Below are positions 53,015 through 63,181 of a stretch of DNA of 64,000 bases, in pieces. How positions within the stretch are numbered: position 1 is the first letter of the stretch; the number at the start of each line of letters is the position of its first letter. The notes under the pieces are model-generated. The model saw nothing but the letters and a program-made list of their open reading frames with translations. It was not told the DNA's origin and did no database searches. Origin of the DNA: Methanomethylovorans hollandica DSM 15978 (GTDB taxonomy: Archaea > Halobacteriota > Methanosarcinia > Methanosarcinales > Methanosarcinaceae); assembly GCF_000328665.1 (NCBI RefSeq), contig NC_019977.1:620001-684000 (forward strand), in the 5' to 3' direction. The position numbers were made by a program, and so were the translations under genes.

Positions 53015-53860
53015 ATGTCGTTCCTGAACACGCCTGACCTTGTGGATATTATTCGGAAAAAAGCTATTCAGAACCGTGCAAAAGTAGCCATAGGCATCAG
53101 AGATCCTACCAAGAAGATCATCTCAAGTGCAGAGGAAGCAAATGATAAGGGGTTTGCACAAGTTATATTGGTTGGTGATCAGCAGGAGATTTTGTCTTTA
53201 GGTACTTCTCTTGAGGTAGTGGGAACCGCTGAACCGGAAAAAGTGATGGTGGACCTTTTGGCATCCGGTCATGTGGATGCTGCTGTAAGGGGTACAGCCC
53301 GGGCTTCTGAAACACTCTCCTATCTTAAAAAGACCCTCGGGATGGAAAAACTCCATCGTGTGGCTTTGCTTACAACAGCAGATGGTACTCCTTTTTTTAT
53401 TGCTCCGGTAGGTATAGATGAAGGTGAGGACCTTGCTGACAAGATGGAGTTCGCAAGGTTGGGGTCAGAGCACATCCGGCGGTTTGGCATAGAACCTGTA
53501 CTAGGAGTTCTTTCAGGAGGCAGAATGGGCGATCTTGGACGTAACGCAAGGGTCGACCAAACTCTTGCAGACGGGGAATTCATAGTCAACCGCCTGAATG
53601 AAATGGGTATTAAAGCAAAGCATTATACTATACTTATCGAAGACGCCATCAAAGAGGCTAATTTCATACTTGCTCCGGATGGTATCTCGGGCAATCTTAT
53701 ATTCCGCACACTTGTCTTTCTTGGATGTGGCGATGGCATGGGAGCCCCGGTACTGATGGATGAGTACGTTTTTGTTGATACTTCGAGGGTAGGTGGGCAT
53801 TACGCCAAAGCCATCATGGTCGCTGGTGCGCTTTCCAATATGAAAAAAGTCAGAGGATGA
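53015..53860 (+). CDS. mtxX: MtxX / methanogenesis marker protein 4
   Basis: DAAVRG, APVGIDEG, LSGGR, APDGISGNLIFR. Confidence 0.85.
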   Translation: MSFLNTPDLVDIIRKKAIQNRAKVAIGIRDPTKKIISSAEEANDKGFAQVILVGDQQEILSLGTSLEVVGTAEPEKVMVDLLASGHVDAAVRGTARASETLSYLKKTLGMEKLHRVALLTTADGTPFFIAPVGIDEGEDLADKMEFARLGSEHIRRFGIEPVLGVLSGGRMGDLGRNARVDQTLADGEFIVNRLNEMGIKAKHYTILIEDAIKEANFILAPDGISGNLIFRTLVFLGCGDGMGAPVLMDEYVFVDTSRVGGHYAKAIMVAGALSNMKKVRG

Positions 53861-53864
53861 AACA

Positions 53865-54629
53865 ATGAAAGCAGTGTTAATAAAAGCCGATACAATCTCT
53901 TCCGCATGGTCGAAGCTGATCTATGAGATCTACAATAATGGGGAAGATCACAAACCGGATTACAGTACGGGAACTCGCAGACTGCATGCTACAGTTGTCA
54001 TTAATGATGTTAATACTGATCAAGTAAACTCCTTTGTTCCCTTTGGGGAAAATCTCATTAAGAAATATAAGGAGGAGCTTACCGAGGAATATGCCGATTG
54101 GTATGTATCACTTCCCGACGACGATCGCAGGAAGTTCGATTACTGCTATGCAAAACAACTTTTCCGTTATGGTGAAACAGCTTATAATACTCTTTCAGAG
54201 AATGTGAAGAACCTCCGGGTCGGCTCAAGAAGACATGTTGGTGTACTGTGGGAAAACGAAGTTCACATCCCCAAGTTCGAGGACCAGCCCTGCTGGATAG
54301 CTTACAAGCTGGAATTGCTGAATGAAACTGATGTCAGGTTATATATCCTGTATCGTTCATGGGATGCTTTCGGTGGTTTCCCTGCTAATCTGCCAGCTAT
54401 TGTGGAAGGTTTCAAGAAAGTTTTCAGGGAAAATGACATGCCTTACAGGATAGAGTCATTGATGGCCACTGGCTGGGACACTCATATCTATGAGGCTGAT
54501 CTGCAGGCCGTGGAACATATATTCAAAACAGCGGAGCTTTGTCCCAGGTGTGGTAACATAGCTGCAAAACATGCTTTCATATCCACGACAAAAGGCAGGG
54601 TATGTTTGCGGTGCAAATCGCAGATGTGA
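53865..54629 (+). CDS. Divergent thymidylate synthase (ThyA-fold) protein with C-terminal zinc ribbon
   Basis: SRR, QPCW, YRSWD, PAN, HIYE; CPRC...CLRC. Confidence 0.7.
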   Translation: MKAVLIKADTISSAWSKLIYEIYNNGEDHKPDYSTGTRRLHATVVINDVNTDQVNSFVPFGENLIKKYKEELTEEYADWYVSLPDDDRRKFDYCYAKQLFRYGETAYNTLSENVKNLRVGSRRHVGVLWENEVHIPKFEDQPCWIAYKLELLNETDVRLYILYRSWDAFGGFPANLPAIVEGFKKVFRENDMPYRIESLMATGWDTHIYEADLQAVEHIFKTAELCPRCGNIAAKHAFISTTKGRVCLRCKSQM

Positions 54630-54782
54630 AAAGGTCCAGGTACTTTTTAATAACTATTTTAATTCTTGTCTGGATAGTTTCGGATCTCTGGATCCTTCTC
54701 TTTCGCTTTTTAAACCCAAAATATATATCTACTAATATTAAGTACACATATATAATATTAAAAACATATCAGAGGCGGTGTG

Positions 54783-55898
54783 ATGAAAAGATTAACTATC
54801 AGCATGTCTGATGCTCTTTTTGATAAGCTGAACCAGGTAGAAAATAAGAGTTTATTTATAAGAAAACTCATTGAGGGTGAGCTACGTAAAGGGCTAACTT
54901 CTTCTTTTTATTCAGACATTACTTACGAGGGCCTGGAAGTCGACATAGAGGATTTGCATAATGACATACAATTACTTTCTTCCAGATTGGCCTCAATTGA
55001 AAACCAAATTGCTGATGTAAAGACAACTCGCTTCCTCCCAAAAGATAAGTTTGAGTCGGATCAGGTTGCCAGTTATCAAATTTCTTCTCTGCCCTCCTTA
55101 GAACACGGATTTGAAACACCTATTATTCAAACCACCACTGCGGATAATAACACAATAGCCAATGAGCTTAATGAAGCTGTAGGTAAGGATCAGGGCTCTG
55201 TTTCCGCTAATATCTCAGATGTTCAGGTCAACCTGTATACACACGATAGTGACAAAGTCCTGCCTGTCCATAGTGATGAAATGCACAATATACCATTCAG
55301 TAGTGTTGTGAATGTTGGGTTACACGAAGAATCCGTTTGTCCTGCAACAGAAACAAATGAAACACCTGTGAATTCCATTATGATAACTTCCGGCGTGGCT
55401 GATCAACCTCAAGAGCCTCTCTCAGCTCAAGTAGGCAGTCCTTCTACTCCTTCCTTTATTATGCCTGAGCTCTCGGATGGTGCAGGGCATTCAAATGCAT
55501 CTCCCTCTGAGATGCCTCCTACCATGTCTCATGCTATGTCTATTCGTCCTTCGGAAAATGATATACACATACTTCCATTTGCTGCAGCAGGTCCGTCAGC
55601 CTCAGGGATACAAATGCAGCCCGTACCTCTCTTTGGATCGGGTGCCGCCCAAAAGCCTGTCCAGAATAATGATGGTTTCAACTTTAACACAGTTCATATA
55701 TCTGTAAATGACCGGCTACAAGGGAACATCCTTATGTACCTGCCTCATGGTGCAAGGATCAAAAGGTCTATCATCAAAGGCCTTGTGTCAAGAAAGTTCA
55801 GTGCAGAAGAGATCGATGCAGAGATAGATCTTATGATTTCGGATCACTCATTGCTTGCAGAAGTAGAAGATGGGCTGGAATATCTGATGAGATCTTGA
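54783..55898 (+). CDS. Hypothetical protein: RHH-like N-terminus, coiled coil, long disordered region
   Basis: MKRLTISMSDALFDKL...NKSLFIRKLI RHH pattern. Confidence 0.65.
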   Translation: MKRLTISMSDALFDKLNQVENKSLFIRKLIEGELRKGLTSSFYSDITYEGLEVDIEDLHNDIQLLSSRLASIENQIADVKTTRFLPKDKFESDQVASYQISSLPSLEHGFETPIIQTTTADNNTIANELNEAVGKDQGSVSANISDVQVNLYTHDSDKVLPVHSDEMHNIPFSSVVNVGLHEESVCPATETNETPVNSIMITSGVADQPQEPLSAQVGSPSTPSFIMPELSDGAGHSNASPSEMPPTMSHAMSIRPSENDIHILPFAAAGPSASGIQMQPVPLFGSGAAQKPVQNNDGFNFNTVHISVNDRLQGNILMYLPHGARIKRSIIKGLVSRKFSAEEIDAEIDLMISDHSLLAEVEDGLEYLMRS

Positions 55899-55923
55899 TG
55901 CATCCGGATCAGATGCACTTTAT

Positions 55924-56085
55924 TCAATGAGTTGTGTCAGAAAGTGAGTGCCCAGAGCCAGCGCATTGAAAGCATGTCTTTCTATCATGGTTAAAGCACC
56001 GTACACATACATTTTTTCCACATAAGGAACAAGTGTACATTTTTCCGGCCATGCCGCATATGTTGCAGATACCTGTGATTTCCAT
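55924..56085 (-). CDS. 53-aa zinc-finger small protein (4x CxxC)
   Basis: MEITGICNICGMAGKMYTCSLCGKNVCVRCFNHDRKTCFQCAGSGHSLSDTTH*, GGAGGT RBS. Confidence 0.82.
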   Translation of the reverse strand: MEITGICNICGMAGKMYTCSLCGKNVCVRCFNHDRKTCFQCAGSGHSLSDTTH

Positions 56086-56166
56086 TGTTTACCTCCAAAA
56101 GTTCTTAACAGATCTTTGTGATTAACATTATATGAAAAAATACTATTGTGCAGGTTTTTTCTGCAC

Positions 56167-57828
56167 TCATTCGAAGATAGCACCTTTGCTTGCAGAACTG
56201 ACATATTTCCTATATCTTGCAAGATAGCCAGTTATCTTCTTCTCCGGGGGTTTGAACGTCTCTTTTCTTTTTGCCAGCTCTTCATCAGAGACTTTCAGGT
56301 TGAGTTTGCGCGCCGGGATATCTATCTCAATGATATCCCCATCCTGCACCAGAGCAATGGGGCCACCTTCCTGGGCTTCAGGAGATACATGGCCTATACA
56401 TGGGCCACGGGTGCCGCCAGAGAATCTGCCATCAGTGATAAGAGCTACTGATTCTATTAATCCCATTCCTGCGATAGCTGATGTTGGTGAGAGCATTTCT
56501 CTCATTCCAGGCCCACCTTTTGGTCCCTCATAGCGGATAACAACCACATCGCCAGCAATTATTTTTCCAGACATGATCGCAGACATGGCTGCTTCTTCAC
56601 TGTCAAAGACTTTTGCAGGGCCGCTGTGCTTAAGCATCTTTGGACTGACTGCAGCCTGTTTGATTACAGAACCATCTGGTGCAAGACTCCCCTTGAGTAC
56701 TGCGATCCCGCCCTCTTCATGGAAGGGTGAGTCAAGTGTCTTAATGACCTGAGCATTCATCTTGGGGTTAAGGACCACAAAACTTTCCAGGTTCTCGCCA
56801 ATAGTTTTCCCTGTAACTGTCATCTGATCAAGGTGCAGTTTTGTGCTAAGATTCTGCATAATAGCCTGTATTCCCCCTGCTCTGTCAAAGTCCAGCATAT
56901 AGTTTATGCCTCCGGGCTTCAGGGATGTAATGTGAGGGGTAGTGCGGCTAAGCTTATCAAAAGTGTCTAATGTTAACTGCATTCCGAAAGCATGAGCAAT
57001 GGCAGGCAGGTGCAGTGTGGTGTTTGTACTTCCCCCAATTGCCATATCCACCACGATGGCATTCTCAAAGGCTTCCATGGTAACTATCTTTCGGGCGGTG
57101 AGCCCTTCCTTAACCATGCCCACGATACGCTCACCTGAGATTTTGGCCAGACGTGTCTTCTTTGCATCTACTGCATGTGCTGTGGCGCAGCCGGGAAGGC
57201 TTAACCCAAGGGCTTCTGTCATGCATGCCATGGTGTTGGCGGTATACATGCCTGCACATGAACCAGCCCCGGAACATGCACACTCTTCAAGTTGCTGGAG
57301 CTTATCATCTGCCATCTTTTCAGAGCGGCATGCGCCAACTCCCTCAAAGACCGATATAAGGTCTCTGTATTCGTCATCAACGAATCCAGGCATCATAGGA
57401 CCGCCGGTCACGACGATGGTAGGAATATCAAGTCTACCAGCAGCCATAAGATGTCCGGGTGTGATCTTATCACATGATGTTATCATGACCATTGCATCCA
57501 GCTGGTGTCCCTGGAGCACGAGTTCAATGGAATCTTCAATAGCTTCGCGACTTGGAAGAGAATATCTCATTCCTTCATGGCCCATTGCTATCCCATCACA
57601 TATCCCAATGGTGTGAAATTCAAAAGGAACGCCGCCTGCACTACGAATGCCGGCTTTCACTGCTTCTGATAACTTGTCCAGGTGAACATGTCCAGGTATC
57701 AGTTCTGTCCATGAGTTGACCACTGCAATGAAGGGTCTTTCCATTTCGGAATCTGTCAGACCTGTTGCCCTGAGCAGGGAACGGTTGGGTGCACGCTCTA
57801 TTCCTTTTTTGGTCTTATCGCTTCTCAT
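56167..57828 (-). CDS. ilvD: Dihydroxy-acid dehydratase
   Basis: [36 protein letters not shown]. Confidence 0.97.
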   Translation of the reverse strand: MRSDKTKKGIERAPNRSLLRATGLTDSEMERPFIAVVNSWTELIPGHVHLDKLSEAVKAGIRSAGGVPFEFHTIGICDGIAMGHEGMRYSLPSREAIEDSIELVLQGHQLDAMVMITSCDKITPGHLMAAGRLDIPTIVVTGGPMMPGFVDDEYRDLISVFEGVGACRSEKMADDKLQQLEECACSGAGSCAGMYTANTMACMTEALGLSLPGCATAHAVDAKKTRLAKISGERIVGMVKEGLTARKIVTMEAFENAIVVDMAIGGSTNTTLHLPAIAHAFGMQLTLDTFDKLSRTTPHITSLKPGGINYMLDFDRAGGIQAIMQNLSTKLHLDQMTVTGKTIGENLESFVVLNPKMNAQVIKTLDSPFHEEGGIAVLKGSLAPDGSVIKQAAVSPKMLKHSGPAKVFDSEEAAMSAIMSGKIIAGDVVVIRYEGPKGGPGMREMLSPTSAIAGMGLIESVALITDGRFSGGTRGPCIGHVSPEAQEGGPIALVQDGDIIEIDIPARKLNLKVSDEELAKRKETFKPPEKKITGYLARYRKYVSSASKGAIFE

Positions 57829-57960
57829 ATGATAACCTCATGGTCTTGGATTATAAAGTTAGTAAGGTTAATGTGCAAGATATATAAATAGGCAACCAGG
57901 TTTATGTATAGTAGTTCATCTGTCGTCAAAGAGTTTCAGCTGAACATCTTCCGAGGAAAA

Positions 57961-59640
57961 ATGAAAGCGCTTATCATTGATGGTTATGTGGACGAACCTG
58001 CCTGTTTTGGGGTTCCTCCTTATATTTCTCCTTATATCAGATACCTTGCGGGGGCAATGCGGGAGCAGGGCATTCCGATACAGGACATTTTCTATTCCGC
58101 TATCGACAGCATAAGGCTTAAGCCTAAGGATCATGAGAAGATTATCAGGGAAGCAGATCTTGTTGTGATCATTGCCGGAATGACCGTACCGGGAAAGTAC
58201 CTCCGCTCCACACCTATCAGCTTACAGGAATTGCATATACTCAGCCGTACTGCAACAGGAAAAGTGATACTGGGCGGCCCTATAAGATTAGGTTTCAGTT
58301 CAGAGGGTGGCAAAAAGGCATCTAGCTTATCCGGAATAGAAAATGCCTATTGTTGCGGAGCTGATGTAGAAGCATTCGTGTATGATATGTTAAAGGATGG
58401 GAAGTTAGAAAACCCTGTAAATCTAGCTGACAGGTTCCGATCTGTCCAGGAGATTGGCAGATGGGCGGAGAAAGGAGCTTTCATAATCAGACAGCATCCG
58501 GATTATCCTAATGTCATGTGCGAGCTTGAGACTTACAGAGGATGCGGGCGCAGAAAACATTGTTCATTCTGTACTGAACCTTTCTATGGAGGTCCGGACC
58601 ATAGGCCTGTAGATGATGTGATCGCAGAAGTCCAGGGTCTTTATGAAGAAGGTGCCCGATATTTCCGGATTGGCAGACAGCCCGATCTGTTGTCTTATCA
58701 GTCAAAGGATAAGGGAGGGGATTTACCAGTTCCAGATCCCATGGCCATTGAATCTCTTTACAGGGGAATACGTGCTGTAGCGCCCGGTATGCAGGTATTA
58801 CATATGGATAATGCCAACCCTGCAACAATAGCAGCTTTTCCTGAAGAAAGTGAGGCTATACTTAGTACCATAGTGAGATACCACACATCCGGAGATGTGG
58901 CTGCCATGGGTATGGAAAGTGCTGATCCTGAAGTAATTAGGAGAAATGGTCTTAAGGTATCGGCGGATGAGATGTTCGATGCTATAGGACTTGTAAATAA
59001 AATAGGGGGAAGAAGAGGTGATAACGGAATGCCGGAACTTCTTCCGGGTCTGAACTTCGTGCACGGTCTGATGGGGGAAACAAAGGAAACCTTTAGGCTC
59101 AATCACGATTTCCTTAAAAAGGTACTTGATTCGGGGTTGTTGCTTCGCCGCATCAATATCAGGCAGGTTATGGCTTTCCAGGGAACTCCGATGTTTGGCA
59201 ATGATGCAGCAGTGGAGAAGCATAAGAAAGAATTCCTGCGTTACAAAGAGAATGTGAGAAAGGACATCGATCTTCCTATGCTGAGAAAAGTGGTTCCTGC
59301 CGGTACTATTCTTCGCAATGTCTTACTTGAAGTAAATGACAGGAATACTACCTTCGGGCGCCAGATGGGTTCCTATCCTTTACTTGTTGGTGTTCCGGCA
59401 AAACAGGGAATCGGGTATTATACAGATGTAACGGTTATCGATCACGGATTTCGATCTGTAACCGCAATACCATACCCTCTTGATATCAACAATGCAGGAT
59501 TGGAGCTTTTACAAAGAGTACCTGGTATAGGTAAAACAATGGCTGCCAAGATCTTCAGAGGAAGGCCTTATAAGGACACTCAGGAACTAATGGGTAAAAC
59601 AGGTATCAATCCTGATATTCTGAAGTACATTGAGTTATAA
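57961..59640 (+). CDS. Radical SAM protein with C-terminal HhH motif
   Basis: ETYRGC...CSFC cluster motif; LDINNA...LQRVPGIG HhH. Confidence 0.85.
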   Translation: MKALIIDGYVDEPACFGVPPYISPYIRYLAGAMREQGIPIQDIFYSAIDSIRLKPKDHEKIIREADLVVIIAGMTVPGKYLRSTPISLQELHILSRTATGKVILGGPIRLGFSSEGGKKASSLSGIENAYCCGADVEAFVYDMLKDGKLENPVNLADRFRSVQEIGRWAEKGAFIIRQHPDYPNVMCELETYRGCGRRKHCSFCTEPFYGGPDHRPVDDVIAEVQGLYEEGARYFRIGRQPDLLSYQSKDKGGDLPVPDPMAIESLYRGIRAVAPGMQVLHMDNANPATIAAFPEESEAILSTIVRYHTSGDVAAMGMESADPEVIRRNGLKVSADEMFDAIGLVNKIGGRRGDNGMPELLPGLNFVHGLMGETKETFRLNHDFLKKVLDSGLLLRRINIRQVMAFQGTPMFGNDAAVEKHKKEFLRYKENVRKDIDLPMLRKVVPAGTILRNVLLEVNDRNTTFGRQMGSYPLLVGVPAKQGIGYYTDVTVIDHGFRSVTAIPYPLDINNAGLELLQRVPGIGKTMAAKIFRGRPYKDTQELMGKTGINPDILKYIEL

Positions 59641-59649
59641 GATCCTTGT

Positions 59650-60690
59650 TCACTTGAACATGCGTTTGATGTAATCAGTATCTTTTATTATTTTCAGGCT
59701 CACGAATCCGCCTACTGCCAGGTTCATGTAGAATGTTATTGCTCTCCATGCGACAACAACAATTCCGATCAGTGAAGAGGCTACAAAGAAAGAGAAAAGT
59801 GTTGAAGCACCAAGTTCAGCCACTCCTCCTGCACCCGGGGTGACCGATACCGCCATTATGACCATCAGGATTATCTGGGAAGCATAGGCTAGCAGGGGCT
59901 GAAACTGCTGGTTAAGCCCAAGCAAAAGCACAGGAAGTACTGAAAAGTCTAAAGCCCAGACTATGCAGGTACATGTCATGCCTAGGAACAGACCTTTTCG
60001 TCCCTCTTTCATGAAAATTGCAACGCTATCGTGTAAGTGCTCCAGTTCTGAATCAACGCGCTCCAGGGTACCGGGTAAGATCGTTTCTGTCTTTTTTCCG
60101 AATAAGCGGCTAAAAAGCTGAACAAGGAAGTACATGAACTTGCGGGTATGTTTTGGTTTCCATAGTCCATAGATCAATATTGAGAAAAGGCATAAAAGAA
60201 CTATTTCGCCTATAATAAGGGCCGTTTCAATAGTTGTATCTGCACCGGCAATTGCCAGGTATTCCCGCATCACATACAAAGAAAGAGGGATAAGTGATAT
60301 TATCAGGAGTCCGTCCATTAATCGTTCTCCAAGGATAACAGCCGTTGCTTTACCAAGAGGAATGGATATTCTGTTTAACAGATGCACACGTAAAGGCTCT
60401 CCGCCCACCGCTGCAGGGGTGATGGCTGCTACAAACAAGCTTGAAGTAACTATCTTGGCGGCTTCCTTTACACTAACGTCATATCCTAAAGCCCCACACA
60501 TCGTTTTGATCCGGATGGCCTGCATAAACAAAGAAAATATATGCAACAGCACAGCCAGAATTATGTATTCATTTTTGATCTGAGTGATAGTTTCCAGAGT
60601 GCTGGCATCAAAAGTTAATGCTATTACCAAAACCCCTGAGATCAGGCTTATGAGAAGTGATATTAAGACCCATTTCTTTAATTTGTTCAT
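59650..60690 (-). CDS. UPF0104 / LPG-synthase TM (flippase-like) protein
   Basis: ITPAAVGGEP, ER..D, TPGAGGVAE, WR..TFY. Confidence 0.85.
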   Translation of the reverse strand: MNKLKKWVLISLLISLISGVLVIALTFDASTLETITQIKNEYIILAVLLHIFSLFMQAIRIKTMCGALGYDVSVKEAAKIVTSSLFVAAITPAAVGGEPLRVHLLNRISIPLGKATAVILGERLMDGLLIISLIPLSLYVMREYLAIAGADTTIETALIIGEIVLLCLFSILIYGLWKPKHTRKFMYFLVQLFSRLFGKKTETILPGTLERVDSELEHLHDSVAIFMKEGRKGLFLGMTCTCIVWALDFSVLPVLLLGLNQQFQPLLAYASQIILMVIMAVSVTPGAGGVAELGASTLFSFFVASSLIGIVVVAWRAITFYMNLAVGGFVSLKIIKDTDYIKRMFK

Positions 60691-60725
60691 ATTTGCACAG
60701 CCCAAGGGCAAGAACAAAAAAGATA

Positions 60726-61880
60726 TCAGGGGTGGCTGACAATGTTTTCCTTGACGTTCATTCCTTCTTTTATTGTTTGTTTCGGCCAGATCTTTACATT
60801 AGAATGTACTGTAGCTCCGCTGCGTATTACCACATCAGGCCCGATAACGGTTCCATTTTCCAGACAACAATTGTCACCCACAGTTGTGCGGTTATCGATG
60901 ATGCTACCTGATACGTTTGTGTTTTTTCCGATAGTCACATCATTGAAAATATACGATGATAAAATCCTGCTGTCATTGTCTATAGTGCAATTTGAACCAA
61001 TGGTAGTGTATGGGCCTATGAGCACATTATCTCCGATTGATGTGTTCTCACCTATTATAATGGGTCCAACGATAGCTGAATTGGAGCCTACGGAAACATT
61101 ATGGCCAAGTTGCAAGGGGCCATTGATGCGGGCATCTTTAGTTGTAAAACGCCCTTCTATTACTGTTCCCGGCATGCCTGACAGCATCCAGCGTTGTGCC
61201 TGTCTATAGGCAGCAGGACTTCCTACATCTGTCCAATTGCCTCTGGCGAGTACTCCGTTGATCTTTTCCCCATTATTAAGGAGTTTGGGGAACAGGTCAC
61301 GAGCGAAATCATATTCCTTGTTTTCTGGTATCATGTCCAGGATCTCAGGGTTGCACACGTAGATACCTGTACTTGCAAGGTTACTGAATATTTCTCCAGG
61401 ACCAGGTTTCTCCAGAAAGCGATGTATCCTGTTGTTCACATCCATGTCTGCGATACCGAACTCACTCGGATCGTCGATAGAGAGCAGTCCAATTGTGACT
61501 TTTGCATTCATCCGTTCATGGAAACGATATAATTCTCTGAGGTTAAGATTTAGTACATGGTCTCCGCCAAGTACAAGGAATGTCTCTCCTTTCAGATATT
61601 TTTCGGCATTCTTTACACCGCCCGCAGTGCCGAGCTTTTTATCTTCGTATACATAATTGATATGTACGCCATATATCCGGCCGTCTCCAAGTTGTTCTTC
61701 TATTTTTTCAGCCATATATCCAAGAGTAATGACTATGTCATTGAACCCCTCCTTTGCCAGGTGTTCAATAAGATGAACTACTGAAGGCTTGTTGAGTATA
61801 GGAATGCTCGGTTTTGGCCTTTCGAATGTCAAAGGGCGCAGCCTGGTCCCCTCTCCCCCACACATAATACATGCTTTCAT
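60726..61880 (-). CDS. NDP-sugar synthase (mannose-1-phosphate guanylyltransferase-like)
   Basis: GGEGTRLRPLT.ERPKP, LGTAG, hexapeptide repeats. Confidence 0.9.
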   Translation of the reverse strand: MKACIMCGGEGTRLRPLTFERPKPSIPILNKPSVVHLIEHLAKEGFNDIVITLGYMAEKIEEQLGDGRIYGVHINYVYEDKKLGTAGGVKNAEKYLKGETFLVLGGDHVLNLNLRELYRFHERMNAKVTIGLLSIDDPSEFGIADMDVNNRIHRFLEKPGPGEIFSNLASTGIYVCNPEILDMIPENKEYDFARDLFPKLLNNGEKINGVLARGNWTDVGSPAAYRQAQRWMLSGMPGTVIEGRFTTKDARINGPLQLGHNVSVGSNSAIVGPIIIGENTSIGDNVLIGPYTTIGSNCTIDNDSRILSSYIFNDVTIGKNTNVSGSIIDNRTTVGDNCCLENGTVIGPDVVIRSGATVHSNVKIWPKQTIKEGMNVKENIVSHP

Positions 61881-61946
61881 ATATTGAAGGATGTTCTTTT
61901 TTACATATATGTTTGCCGGAAAAGTTCAACATTATGTTGTTCCCTC

Positions 61947-62321
61947 TTAAAGCATTTCAATGCCATTGGCATCCTGAACCACGATTTCCAGCTCACCCTG
62001 ATATTCCTGGACTTCGCCGGTAACCCGCACTTTGCTATTTTCAGTGATAACAGAGGCTATTTCTTTAGCTCCTTTATCCCTGGACACAAAGACCTTTGTG
62101 GTATCTGAACCATGTTCCACATCTATCAGTAAATGATCTCCGGTATTTGTAAAACGCTCAGATACTACAGTACCTTCAAGATATGCTATCTCTCCGGGTT
62201 TGGAAGAAGTACTAAGTTCCTGTATCTGTGTTCCTTCCTGGTAAAAGGTCACGTAAGCTACGCATAGCGACAAAAGCACCATCGTTAACAAAACGAGCAT
62301 CACCTTTTCTTCTTTCTCTAT
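61947..62321 (-). CDS. Membrane-anchored OB-fold nucleic acid-binding protein; apparent ATA start
   Basis: N-terminal TM; VRVTGEVQEYQGELEI; ATA-EKEEK with AGGTG RBS. Confidence 0.75.
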   Translation of the reverse strand: MEKEEKVMLVLLTMVLLSLCVAYVTFYQEGTQIQELSTSSKPGEIAYLEGTVVSERFTNTGDHLLIDVEHGSDTTKVFVSRDKGAKEIASVITENSKVRVTGEVQEYQGELEIVVQDANGIEML

Positions 62322-62454
62322 TTCTTACACCTTCTAATAGCAGCTTATTACAATATTTTTGATAGAATTACTTTCATGTCATCAAAAATATTTAAATTTA
62401 CTGCATCTAAGGCATCTGGAAAAAAAGGTTAGCAAAAAAAAGGTTAGCAAAGAG

Positions 62455-63000
62455 TTACTCTTTACTAGCCTTATCTATAGAAACCACTTCAACATCGAAT
62501 GTCAGATTCTTGCCAGCAAGTGGGGAATTAAAGTCAAGTGTCACATTCGTATCATTAATGTCTACTATTGTGGCAATTCCCATCATTGTTCCTACCTGAT
62601 TGCCTATTTCCAGCACTATACTTGCATTTTCCATATCAGACCTAGGTACTGGGACAAGATATTCCGGGTTATATTCTCCATAGGCTTCATCTGGTGAAAG
62701 CTTGAATGTTTTCTTTTCGCCTATGGTCATATTAAGTACCCCGTTGTCAAAACCGCTGATCATTTGTTCTGCTCCGACAACAAATGACATAGGTTCATAG
62801 TTTCTTGAAGCATCGTATAGTCCTGACTCTTTTGCAACATCGATCAATGATGTATCAAAAACAGTACCGTTATCATACTTTCCTATGTAGTTCACGCTAA
62901 TATTGTCGCCTTTTTCCACAATTGCTGACGGGTCATTATCTGTACAGCCGCTTGAAAAAGCTATGATCAATATTATAAGGATCAAACCTATTTTCTTTAT
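62455..63000 (-). CDS. FKBP-type peptidyl-prolyl isomerase lipoprotein; apparent ATA start
   Basis: Lipobox SSGC; VFDTS, AYGE, LDFNSPLAGKNL. Confidence 0.88.
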   Translation of the reverse strand: MKKIGLILIILIIAFSSGCTDNDPSAIVEKGDNISVNYIGKYDNGTVFDTSLIDVAKESGLYDASRNYEPMSFVVGAEQMISGFDNGVLNMTIGEKKTFKLSPDEAYGEYNPEYLVPVPRSDMENASIVLEIGNQVGTMMGIATIVDINDTNVTLDFNSPLAGKNLTFDVEVVSIDKASKE

Positions 63001-63181
63001 TCTCTCACCTCAAACAAATTTGGAAAAAGGATGATTTTATGTGATAAAAAGTTATTGTGATATTTAAGAACCTTTTATATATACTTATTTGAATTACAGT
63101 AATATGTTTTAATTCTATGAAACATAATATACAGGTTATAGGGTAGTGCTTAAATCAAATCAAATTTGAAGAAGGATAACC

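Noticed and set aside
9311..61784. Many antisense or alternate-frame ORFs in the track (e.g. 9311-9916, 15862-16644, 21649-22347, 27881-28654)
   Set aside because: Shadows of well-supported genes with no motifs or RBS
62419..62452. Tandem AAAAAAAAGGTTAGC duplication
   Set aside because: Short slippage-type duplication in the T-rich terminator region of the FKBP gene
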